DNA from: Candidatus Cryosericum sp.
GTDB lineage: Bacteria > Caldisericota > Caldisericia > Cryosericales > Cryosericaceae
DNA: 12,136 nt
Assembly (NCBI GenBank): GCA_049699855.1
Contig: JBNAWM010000043.1
Span: 1-12,136 of the forward strand
Reading direction: 5' to 3'
Shown: piece after piece, positions 1 through 7,258 of the stretch
Layout: each line of letters opens with the position of its first letter
How positions within the stretch are numbered: position 1 is the first letter of the stretch
Notes under the pieces: generated by a model
What the model was told of the DNA's origin: nothing
Database searches by the model: none
The model's input: only the letters and a program-made list of their open reading frames with translations
Position numbers and translations under genes: made by a program

Positions 1-40
1 ACTCAAGGATCGGATGCGTGGTGATACGGCTGTCTTCCAC
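1..40 (-). CDS. 5' end (13 codons, runs off the window) of a divergent gene, probably a (2Fe-2S)-binding/FAD-dependent oxidoreductase (dye-linked proline dehydrogenase alpha / sarcosine oxidase alpha-like)
   Basis: Minus strand has SD GAGGTG (51..46), a 5-nt spacer and GTG at 40..38, reading MEDSRITTHPILE to the window edge. RIxxHPIL is an N-terminus I recognise from this family. Too short for the ORF track, and only 13 residues are visible. Confidence 0.55.
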   Translation of the reverse strand, partial: MEDSRITTHPILE

Positions 41-77
41 TTTTTCACCTCTCCACTACGAACTTGCTTTCCATTGG

Positions 78-106
78 AGTATAGAATCCATTTTCCGTTT
101 TTCCAG
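78..106 (-). promoter_or_regulatory. Possible sigma70-type promoter for the divergent gene
   Basis: -10 TATACT at 83..78 (5/6 match). The -35 at a 17-nt spacer (CTGGAA, 106..101) is poor. Confidence 0.3.
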
Positions 107-214
107 GACCAGTGAGAAACATCGCATCACTGCAAGCGATAGCGTACCCGTGGAGACAAATGAGAGAACATGTCCACACGGCCTATCTGGGAGGTTCCAA
201 AATCGTCTGCTGAC

Positions 215-242
215 TTGAACACCTTCCCAATCGGCGTACCAT
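215..242 (+). promoter_or_regulatory. Possible sigma70-type promoter for the 723-aa AOR
   Basis: TTGAAC (215-220), 16 nt, TACCAT (237-242), upstream of the strong SD AGGAGGT (265-271). Confidence 0.35.
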
Positions 243-276
243 GTGAGCGGATTCACGACCAATCAGGAGGTGGACG

Positions 277-2448
277 GTGAAGAGTATTGCCGAAATGCGA
301 CAGGAACACAAGATCCTGGCAACCTACACGTTTGTGCCGGGACAGGTGCATGCCGGGTACACCGACCGGCGGCTCTATGTCAATTTGACCACAAACGTCA
401 TCGAAGAACGGATCATCGAACCCATGGTCAAGGAGAAGTTCACCGGTGGCCGAGGCTATGGCATGTACTATCTGTGGCAGGCGATAAAGCCAACCACACG
501 ATGGAATGATCCCGAGAACGAGCTCATCTTCACCGCTGGCCCGTTGACCGGGCTGACACAGTACCCGGGCACCGGCAAGGCTCATTCCGTGACGATCTCG
601 CCGGAGACGGGCGTACCCGTCGACAACAACGGCGGCGGCTACTTTGCTCCATTCATGAAGTTCTCTGGGTTTGACTGCATCGAGTTTCAGGGCAAGGCGA
701 TTCAGGATGTCATTGTGGTCATCGATGGCAACAAGGGCGTGGTCACCATTGAGACGGCTTCCGACGAACCGACCGACAGCTACGAACTTCCAGAAGTTCT
801 GCACGCCATGTACGCTGACGGTGACAGCGACCGCAAAAACGTCAGCGTGGCCACGTCCGGCGCTGGAGCCGAACACTCCCTGATCGGCATCATCAACCTC
901 AGCTACTGGGATGCCAAGAGAAACCACGCCCGCATCAAGCAGCTTGCGCGCGGCGGACCTGGTACGGTGTTCAGAGACAAAGGGCTCAAGGCTGTTGTCG
1001 TCCACTTCAGCGGTACGACCCCTCTGTTGACCAACCCGGTGGATCTCGAACCCATCAAGTTCGCCGGAGCACGCATCAACAAGGAGATCCTGACGCTTGA
1101 CCATACGCACAGCCGCATGCGTGAAATCGGGACAGGCAACACGGTCGACATCCTGGACAAGTGCGATGTCCTGCCAGTCATGAACTACCGCTTTGGATCC
1201 GATCCGCGCACGCCGAAGATCGGGAGCGACGTCTGGCTGAACCTCATCACCCAGAACATGCCTGATGCCTGCTGGATCGGCTGTACCATGTCCTGCGCCC
1301 ATGGCGTCGACAACATCGAACTCAGGACGGGTCCGCTCAAGGGCCAGAAGGTGCTGGGGGATGGCCCCGAGTACGAAACCATCGGCGGACTGGGCGCCAA
1401 CACAGGTAGCTTTGACCCCCACTTTGTGCTTGAGGCGAGCTTCTACTGCGACTATTATGCTCTCGATCTCGTCGCCATGTCGACGATTCTTGCCTTCTTG
1501 ATGGAGTGCTACGAGCATGGCATCATCACCAAAGAGGTGACCGGCGGCCTTGACCTGCACTTCGGCAGTGACATGGACGCACTTGAACTCATTCATCAGA
1601 TCGGCCAGGGACGCGGCTTTGGAAAGGCAGCGGGATTGGGCGTCCATCGTCTCAAGAAGCTCTTCATCGAAGAGTACCATGCCGACCCTCGCTTCGTCAA
1701 CGACATCGCGATGGAAGTCAAGGGAATGGAGGTCTCGGAGTACAACTGCAAGGAATCGCTGGTCCAGCAGGGCGGCTATGCCATGGCCAACAAGGGACCT
1801 CAGCATGACGAGGCCTGGCTGATCTTCATGGACCAGGTCAAGGGCCAGCTGCCCACATTCCCTGACAAGGCTGAGTCGCTGTTCTTCTTCCCGCTGTTCC
1901 GCACCTGGTTCTCGCTCATGGGATTGTGCAAACTGCCATGGAACGATTCCGAGCCGCCGTCCAACCGCAACTACTCCGGTCTGGAAGCCGCAAAGATCCC
2001 GGAGCACGTGGAGAACTATCTCATGCTGTTCAAGGGAATGACCGGCATTAACCTCGACCTCGACGGATTGCTGGCCCAGAGCAAGCGCGTCTATGACTTC
2101 CAGCGCATGTTCAACCTGCGCATGGGCCAGGGAACGCGCAAAGACGACTGGATGCCCTACCGCGGCATGGGACCAGTGACCGAGGAGGAATATCTGTCTC
2201 GCCAGGAGCGCTACGACAAGCAGCTCACCGAAGAGGCCCACGTTGACATCGCAAAGATGAGCCTTGCAGAGAAGATGTCTGCTCTGCGTGAATACCGGGA
2301 ATCACAGTACCGCCAGCTGCAGGATGTCGTCTATGCCCGTCGTGGATGGGATGAAGACGGCGTGCCAACAGTCGAGACACTGAAAGCGGACGGCATCGAC
2401 TTCCCCGAGCTGGTCGAGCTGGCCGAGAAGCACTCGCACAAGAACTGA
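277..2448 (+). CDS. Tungsten-containing aldehyde:ferredoxin oxidoreductase family protein (AOR/WOR), divergent long form, 723 aa
   Basis: SD AGGAGGT 5 nt before GTG. AOR-family motifs: GGRGYG, DPENELIFTAGPLTG, SPETG..DNNGGG, ARGGPGTVF..KGLKAV, CWIGCTMSC (FeS ligands), GPEYET, KGME, GLCK, and C-terminal YARRGWDEDGVPT. Confidence 0.93.
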   Translation: MKSIAEMRQEHKILATYTFVPGQVHAGYTDRRLYVNLTTNVIEERIIEPMVKEKFTGGRGYGMYYLWQAIKPTTRWNDPENELIFTAGPLTGLTQYPGTGKAHSVTISPETGVPVDNNGGGYFAPFMKFSGFDCIEFQGKAIQDVIVVIDGNKGVVTIETASDEPTDSYELPEVLHAMYADGDSDRKNVSVATSGAGAEHSLIGIINLSYWDAKRNHARIKQLARGGPGTVFRDKGLKAVVVHFSGTTPLLTNPVDLEPIKFAGARINKEILTLDHTHSRMREIGTGNTVDILDKCDVLPVMNYRFGSDPRTPKIGSDVWLNLITQNMPDACWIGCTMSCAHGVDNIELRTGPLKGQKVLGDGPEYETIGGLGANTGSFDPHFVLEASFYCDYYALDLVAMSTILAFLMECYEHGIITKEVTGGLDLHFGSDMDALELIHQIGQGRGFGKAAGLGVHRLKKLFIEEYHADPRFVNDIAMEVKGMEVSEYNCKESLVQQGGYAMANKGPQHDEAWLIFMDQVKGQLPTFPDKAESLFFFPLFRTWFSLMGLCKLPWNDSEPPSNRNYSGLEAAKIPEHVENYLMLFKGMTGINLDLDGLLAQSKRVYDFQRMFNLRMGQGTRKDDWMPYRGMGPVTEEEYLSRQERYDKQLTEEAHVDIAKMSLAEKMSALREYRESQYRQLQDVVYARRGWDEDGVPTVETLKADGIDFPELVELAEKHSHKN

Positions 2449-2466
2449 CACAGTTCGTGCTTTTGT

Positions 2467-2497
2467 TCCCTCCCTGAGCGGCATGCTCAGGGAGGGA
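2467..2497. terminator. Perfect 13-bp stem hairpin after the AOR stop; likely terminator or mRNA-stabilising stem
   Basis: TCCCTCCCTGAGC (2467-2479), loop GGCAT, GCTCAGGGAGGGA (2485-2497). It starts 18 nt after the stop codon. The U-tail is weak (TTGACATT). Confidence 0.6.
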
Positions 2498-2526
2498 TTG
2501 ACATTGCATCTGGATTGGACGACAAT
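2498..2526 (+). promoter_or_regulatory. sigma70-type promoter of the ArsR gene (predicted leaderless)
   Basis: Perfect -35 TTGACA (2498-2503), 17-nt spacer, -10 GACAAT (2521-2526), then 6 nt to the ATG at 2533. Confidence 0.65.
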
Positions 2527-2532
2527 ACAACC

Positions 2533-2895
2533 ATGGACGACCGCGAGAGAATACACTGCGAACTGACGGCTCACATGTTCCGGGCGCTGGCCAACCCCAT
2601 GCGCATCTTCCTGCTGGACAAGCTCAGGGAGAGACCGTGGTGTGTCTGCGAACTGGCTGCCGAGGCAGGAATTGGCAAATCGGTCGCCTCTAAACACTTG
2701 TCCATGTTGAAAGAGGCTGGACTGGTAGAGTCAAAGAAAGTCGGCACGGAGAACCAGTATTCTCTGGCAGCACCTTGCGTCATCGAATTGACGTCCTGCG
2801 CAGAAGGCACGATTCTTACCAACCGCAAAAAGTCACTCTACCTCGATTTCGCCACTCCCGACGACACCGACAAGCCCTCCGGCGCCGGAACGTAG
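2533..2895 (+). CDS. ArsR/SmtB family winged-helix transcriptional regulator, 120 aa
   Basis: FRALANPMRIFLL..L....CVCELA...GI.KS..SKHLS.LKEAGLV...K.G....YSL matches the ArsR HTH pattern. ATG 2533 is preferred over TTG 2515 because the TTG lies inside the predicted promoter spacer. Confidence 0.9.
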   Translation: MDDRERIHCELTAHMFRALANPMRIFLLDKLRERPWCVCELAAEAGIGKSVASKHLSMLKEAGLVESKKVGTENQYSLAAPCVIELTSCAEGTILTNRKKSLYLDFATPDDTDKPSGAGT

Positions 2896-2915
2896 CCGCG
2901 CCAGCCTTCGGGTTC

Positions 2916-3749
2916 CTATCCCGAGATAAAGTTCCTCAGCCTGTCGAAGAACAGGTCTGTCTGTTCAAGATAGACGGAGTGGGCGCATTCGGGCACTGCC
3001 TCATAGGTTGCTCCAAGAGCTGAGGCTGCCGACTCCTGAAACCAGGGCGGAATCAGGCGGTCCTGCGCTCCTGCAAGGACAAACATGGGAAAGTCTTTTC
3101 CGAGGTAGTCGCTACGACGGTCATCAACAGCGAGCAGCCAATCCCGCTGGGCATCCATGAGACGAATCAGCCTGTACACCTTGTCCTTGAACCCCAGCAT
3201 GTGATGCTTGGCAGCCTCCACCGCCTCTTCGTGGGCACGAACGTACTTTTCACTGAACATCTTCTCGTACAGATACTCCGGGTAGACATCAAAAGGCAGT
3301 CCACGATACCAGCGCAGCGAAAGGTCCAGATACATCTCGAACAGCCGCGCCCGCTCCAGCAGCACACCGGACAGGAACAGCCCTCTGATTCGTTCTGGAT
3401 GCAGGCGCAGTACCTCGAGGCCGACGAAAGCGCCATACGATGCGCCCATTATCCATGCTCTGTCGACGTTATTGGCATCGAGCACGGCATCCAGCGCATC
3501 TGCGAATGGCTCAAGGCTGTAGGGAACGTCAGGAGCATCGGACTGACCCTGGCCAAGGTAGTCGTACAGCACGACATCGACGTCATCCTGAACATAAGGC
3601 AGATATTTGTTCCAGGAACTGGTGCTGGATGCCATGCCGTTCAGGAAGACAAGGACGGGGCGATCAGTTACCCCACGGCGCTCCCAGTGGTACTGATACC
3701 CATCCACTTGCACACTGCCATTTACGACTTCCTGCTTTCCTTCGTTCAT
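2916..3749 (-). CDS. Alpha/beta-fold hydrolase, 277 aa
   Basis: SD AGGAGG (3760..3755). Motifs: LVFLNG (oxyanion-hole region), DYLGQGQSD, nucleophile elbow GASYG, acid in AGAQDRLIP, catalytic His in CAHSVYLE. It starts 36 nt after the GRE stop on the same strand. Confidence 0.9.
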   Translation of the reverse strand: MNEGKQEVVNGSVQVDGYQYHWERRGVTDRPVLVFLNGMASSTSSWNKYLPYVQDDVDVVLYDYLGQGQSDAPDVPYSLEPFADALDAVLDANNVDRAWIMGASYGAFVGLEVLRLHPERIRGLFLSGVLLERARLFEMYLDLSLRWYRGLPFDVYPEYLYEKMFSEKYVRAHEEAVEAAKHHMLGFKDKVYRLIRLMDAQRDWLLAVDDRRSDYLGKDFPMFVLAGAQDRLIPPWFQESAASALGATYEAVPECAHSVYLEQTDLFFDRLRNFISG

Positions 3750-3785
3750 CTCATCCTCCTTTTGGATCGAGTTTGCAGAGCACCA

Positions 3786-6143
3786 TCAAAACGCCTGCTG
3801 CTCTGTCCGTGCGATGATCTCCTCCTGCAAGCCAGGCGTCAGGTCGCAGAAGAAGTCGCTGTAGCCGGCCACGCGCACGATGAGGTCACGGTATTTCTCG
3901 GGTTCGGCTTGAGCGGCGCGCAGTGTCGCGGCCGTGACGACGTTGAACTGGATGTGGTGGCCGCCCAGCGTAAAGTACGAACGGATCAGGTGCGTCAAGG
4001 CCTCCAGGCCTGCCTCGCCTTCCACCAGTGACGGCGAAAACTTCTGGTTGAGGAGGGTACCGCCGGTGCGCACATGGTCCATGCGGGCCGCAGACTGGAT
4101 CACGGCCGTGGGTCCCTTCCGATCTGCCCCCTGAACCGGCGATATGCCGTCTGACAGGGGCTGCCATGCCTTGCGGCCATCGGGCATGGCTCCGGTTACC
4201 GAGCCAAAGTAGACGTGAACGGTCGTGGACAGATAGTTCACGTGGTACGTCCCTCCCTTGGTATTGGGACGCCCGTCGATCGCATCAAACACCACGTCAA
4301 ACAGCCGAGCCAGGATGTCGTCAGCAGCGGCATCATTGTTCCCATACTTGGGCGAGCGGTTCCAGAGCATCAAGCGCGTCTTCTCATGACCAACGAAGTC
4401 TGCATCGACGGCGTCCAGGACCTCGTCCATGGTCAGGTCCTTCTGGTCAAAGACATGCGCCTTGAGCGCAGACAGACTGTCAGTACAGCTCCCCGGTGAA
4501 GTCACCTGAATGTAGGTTGAGTTGTACCGCGGACCACCATCGTTGTAGTCACGCCCGCGCGCGATGCAGTCATCTACGAACAGCGACAGGAAGGGCGCAG
4601 GCATCTGCTGTGCATACAGCCGCTCGATCACGTTGCTGCCGCGCACCTTGATGTCCACGAAGCGGTGCAGCTGCGCCGTGAAAGCCGCAAACAACTGGTC
4701 ATAGCTGGCAAACAACCGGGGGTCGCCTGTGCGCAGACCGATGACTTTGCCCGTCCGCGGGTCGAGGCCGTCGTGCAGAGCCACTTCAAGAATCTTGGGC
4801 AAGTTTAGGTAACCAGTGAGGATGTACGCCTCACGCCCGAAGGCGCCTGTTTCGACACAGCCGGACGTCCCGCCCATGCGTGCATCGACCACCGACTTCC
4901 CTTGGCGCAGCAGCTCTTCGACAACCATGTCCGCATTGAACACGGAAGGTTGACCCCACCCTTCGCGGATGATTGCGGCCGCCCGTCTGAGGAAGTGGTC
5001 CGGGCTCTTGCGGCTGAGCTGGATGTTGGAGGATGGCTGCAGCAGGTGCATCTCGTCGATGACGTCGAGCAAAAGATAGCTGACCTCGCTCACCCCGTCC
5101 GAGCCGTCCGGGCGCAGGCCCCCAACGTTGATATTGGCAAAGTCGGTATAGGTGCCGCTTTCAGCCGCTGTCACGCCCACCTTGGGTGGTGCCGGCTGAT
5201 TGTTGAACTTGACCCAGAAGCACTCCAGGAGTTCCATGGCTGACTCGCGGGTCAGTGTGCCATCGGCAAGCCCTTTCGTGTAGAACGGCTCCAGGTGCTG
5301 ATCCAGACGGCCAGGACAAAACGAATCCCAGGTATTGAGCTCGGTCACGACACCCAAGTGGACGAACCAGTACGCCTGCAAGGCCTCCTGAAAGGTGCGT
5401 GGAGCATGTGCGGGGACCCAGGAGCAGACCTCGGCAATATCCAGAAGCTCCACTTTCCGCGCGGGGTCCATCTCCGCCTCGGCCATCGAGCGGGCCAGGG
5501 CGGCATTGCGCTCTGCATAGCCAATCATGGCATCAGCTGCGATGGCCATGGCACGAAGCTCCTCGCGGCGCGCGGTTGCCTGCGGGTCGTTCAGGAAATC
5601 GAGGCTCGCAATGGCTTCTTCGACCTCTTCCTTCAGCTCCAGCAGCCCCTTGCGATAGATGACATCGCCCAGCACTGTGTGCCCCGGCGCCCGCTGCTCC
5701 ATGAACTCGGTAAACACGCCGGCTTCGTACGCATCCTTCCATGCGGGTTCCATCAGGGCAAAGATGCGGTCGCGTATGGATCGTCCGTTCCACGCAGGGA
5801 TGATTTCTTCCTGCTGGATCCGGCGCCCTTCCTCATCGACTTTGTATGATGTCTTCTCGCGGCGGTCGAGAACATCGAGGTCTTCCATACTGTGACAGCA
5901 CAGCTCCGGGAAGGTTGGCACCACTTTGGGCGCTGGGCCCCGCTCGCCCACGATCAGCTCACCGGGCCCAATGAACAGCTGCTTGTGCTCAAGAATGTAC
6001 TGCAGGAGACGCGCGCGGTAGACAGGCACCGACAATCCGCGCGCCTGCCGGTCGAACTCCGTCACCAGATGCGCCCGCTCCAGCGACAGCCTGGGAATTG
6101 CATCCAGGCTCTCTTGACGCAATCGTGCAACACGCTCATTCAT
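3786..6143 (-). CDS. hypD: Glycyl radical enzyme, trans-4-hydroxy-L-proline dehydratase-like, 785 aa (true start MNERVARL at 6143)
   Basis: Gly loop RVAGYS and Cys loop GTSGCVETG. HypD-type signatures FTEFMEQRAPGHTV, ELNTWDSF, KFNNQPAPPKVG, ESGTYTDFANIN and EAYILTGY retain the residues equivalent to C. difficile HypD H160, D278, S334, D339, F340, C434, E436, Y450 and T645 (numbering from memory). SD GGAGGT lies in the last codons of the activase, 4 nt before the ATG. Confidence 0.85.
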   Translation of the reverse strand: MNERVARLRQESLDAIPRLSLERAHLVTEFDRQARGLSVPVYRARLLQYILEHKQLFIGPGELIVGERGPAPKVVPTFPELCCHSMEDLDVLDRREKTSYKVDEEGRRIQQEEIIPAWNGRSIRDRIFALMEPAWKDAYEAGVFTEFMEQRAPGHTVLGDVIYRKGLLELKEEVEEAIASLDFLNDPQATARREELRAMAIAADAMIGYAERNAALARSMAEAEMDPARKVELLDIAEVCSWVPAHAPRTFQEALQAYWFVHLGVVTELNTWDSFCPGRLDQHLEPFYTKGLADGTLTRESAMELLECFWVKFNNQPAPPKVGVTAAESGTYTDFANINVGGLRPDGSDGVSEVSYLLLDVIDEMHLLQPSSNIQLSRKSPDHFLRRAAAIIREGWGQPSVFNADMVVEELLRQGKSVVDARMGGTSGCVETGAFGREAYILTGYLNLPKILEVALHDGLDPRTGKVIGLRTGDPRLFASYDQLFAAFTAQLHRFVDIKVRGSNVIERLYAQQMPAPFLSLFVDDCIARGRDYNDGGPRYNSTYIQVTSPGSCTDSLSALKAHVFDQKDLTMDEVLDAVDADFVGHEKTRLMLWNRSPKYGNNDAAADDILARLFDVVFDAIDGRPNTKGGTYHVNYLSTTVHVYFGSVTGAMPDGRKAWQPLSDGISPVQGADRKGPTAVIQSAARMDHVRTGGTLLNQKFSPSLVEGEAGLEALTHLIRSYFTLGGHHIQFNVVTAATLRAAQAEPEKYRDLIVRVAGYSDFFCDLTPGLQEEIIARTEQQAF

Positions 6144-6144
6144 G

Positions 6145-7041
6145 TCAACCTCCGACTCTTGCTTCAATGCCCGCGCTTGCAAACACACTCCGGATTCTGT
6201 CCATATGTTCAGTGGAGGGAGTCTCAAGCTCAGCAAGCTGATATACCCTTCCAAGTCTTGCGTACTTGTCCGTACCCATGCGGTGATAGGGCAGCAGGTC
6301 GATCTCGCGCAGCCCAAGCCCCTGCATCATCGCAATCATCCGCTCAAGGTTGTCGCTGCCATCGTTGACGCCGGGGATTACGGGGAATCGTACGATGACA
6401 TGGGCATGGACTGCCGCCAGCGCTGCGAGGTTGGCAAGGATCATCTCGTTTCCTGCGCCCGTCCACTTCCTGTGCTGCGTCGTATCCATGTGCTTGATGT
6501 CGTACAGGAATACGTCCACTGCTCCAGCGGCGTTCAGCAGTTCGCCTTGACCAACCATCCCGCTCGTCTCGACAGCCGTCGAGATACCCTCCAAGGTGCA
6601 CGCCTCGAGCAGACCTCGCAGGAAGGCAGGCTGGGCAAAAGGTTCACCACCAGAGAACGTGACGCCCCCACCCGACTCCTCAAAGAAGAGACGGTCCCGC
6701 ACGACTTCAGTCATCACGCCCTCTACGGTCATCATGCCACCCGCCATCGTCCGGGCTCCGGCAAGACAGGCATCCACACATGCTCCGCATGCCATGCAGG
6801 CGTCCGTCGCCCCCGGAACCCCATCCACCAGTACGGCGGCACCGGCCGGGCACGCCTTCACACAATCGCCGCACCCGATGCATCGCTCGACCATGATCAT
6901 CAACTGCGTACTCGGTTCCTGGCTTTCGGGGTTGTGACACCACTGGCATGCCAGCGGACAGCCCTTGAGGAACACGACCGTGCGTATCCCCGGCCCGTCA
7001 TGTAAAGCGTAGTGCATGACATTGAACACCATGCCGGTCAT
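6145..7041 (-). CDS. Glycyl-radical enzyme activating protein (radical SAM) with 2x[4Fe-4S] ferredoxin insert, 298 aa
   Basis: HDGPGIRTVVFLKGCPLACQWCHNPES (CxxxCxxC). Insert CIGCGDCVKAC...CMACGACVDAC. Also GGVTFSGGEP, VETSG, YDIKHMD and LLPYH. Its stop is 1 nt before the GRE ATG. Confidence 0.95.
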   Translation of the reverse strand: MTGMVFNVMHYALHDGPGIRTVVFLKGCPLACQWCHNPESQEPSTQLMIMVERCIGCGDCVKACPAGAAVLVDGVPGATDACMACGACVDACLAGARTMAGGMMTVEGVMTEVVRDRLFFEESGGGVTFSGGEPFAQPAFLRGLLEACTLEGISTAVETSGMVGQGELLNAAGAVDVFLYDIKHMDTTQHRKWTGAGNEMILANLAALAAVHAHVIVRFPVIPGVNDGSDNLERMIAMMQGLGLREIDLLPYHRMGTDKYARLGRVYQLAELETPSTEHMDRIRSVFASAGIEARVGG

Positions 7042-7094
7042 GCGTCTGGCCTGTCCCGCCCAATCATCAGTGCCATCGACGATCGTCGTTTCAT
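7038..7094 (-). CDS. Putative leaderless 18-aa upstream ORF (MKRRSSMALMIGRDRPDA) overlapping the activase start (ATGA)
   Basis: The ATG at 7094 is 6 nt after an extended -10 TGcTAGAAT. The TGA at 7040..7038 overlaps the activase ATG at 7041..7039. The activase has no convincing SD of its own. Confidence 0.4.
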   Translation of the reverse strand: MKRRSSMALMIGRDRPDA

Positions 7095-7100
7095 GGCGTC

Positions 7101-7128
7101 ATTCTAGCACAACCCACGACAAGGTCAC
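7101..7128 (-). promoter_or_regulatory. Extended -10 promoter of the activase-hypD-hydrolase operon
   Basis: TG-C-TAGAAT at 7109..7101, with GTGACC at 7128..7123 (16-nt spacer) as a -35. Confidence 0.55.
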
Positions 7129-7212
7129 ATTAACGATCCATGAAGATGGCTTTGCCCCTCCAAAAGAAGACAAGCCGGTTCAGCTCCAGTTCTGGATGAG
7201 TCGATGCGCTGG

Positions 7213-7240
7213 TTGTTCTTTGTATCTCCTCGCCTACAAT
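7213..7240 (+). promoter_or_regulatory. sigma70-type promoter of the moaD-like gene
   Basis: TTGTTC (7213-7218), 16 nt, TACAAT (7235-7240). SD GAGGTG follows at 7248-7253. Confidence 0.5.
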
Positions 7241-7258
7241 GGTTGCTGAGGTGCCACG

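Noticed and set aside
70..78. TCCA-T-TGGA palindrome as a shared operator with 2509-2519 and 7185-7196
   Set aside because: The half-sites are short and the spacers differ among the three sites, so it cannot be distinguished from chance.
253..2241. 662-aa antisense ORF opposite the first AOR
   Set aside because: It mirrors the AOR codons, has no recognisable motifs, and is the usual shadow ORF of GC-biased codon usage.
2903..2914. AGCC-TTCG-GGTT mini-hairpin between the convergent ArsR and hydrolase genes
   Set aside because: The 4-bp stem has no U-tract and is too weak to call a terminator.
3786..6143. Alternative calls of pyruvate formate-lyase, choline TMA-lyase or glycerol/diol dehydratase for the GRE
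   Set aside because: It has a single Cys in SGCVE rather than the CC pair of PFL, no microcompartment genes nearby, and HypD-type motifs throughout.
6144..6317. 58-aa N-terminal extension of the GRE in the ORF track
   Set aside because: It overlaps the activase 3' end. The SD and HypD similarity both point to ATG 6143.
3201..7005. Plus-strand ORFs such as 3201-4031, 5295-5849 and 6142-7005
   Set aside because: They are antisense to well-supported genes and show no motifs or convincing SD sites.
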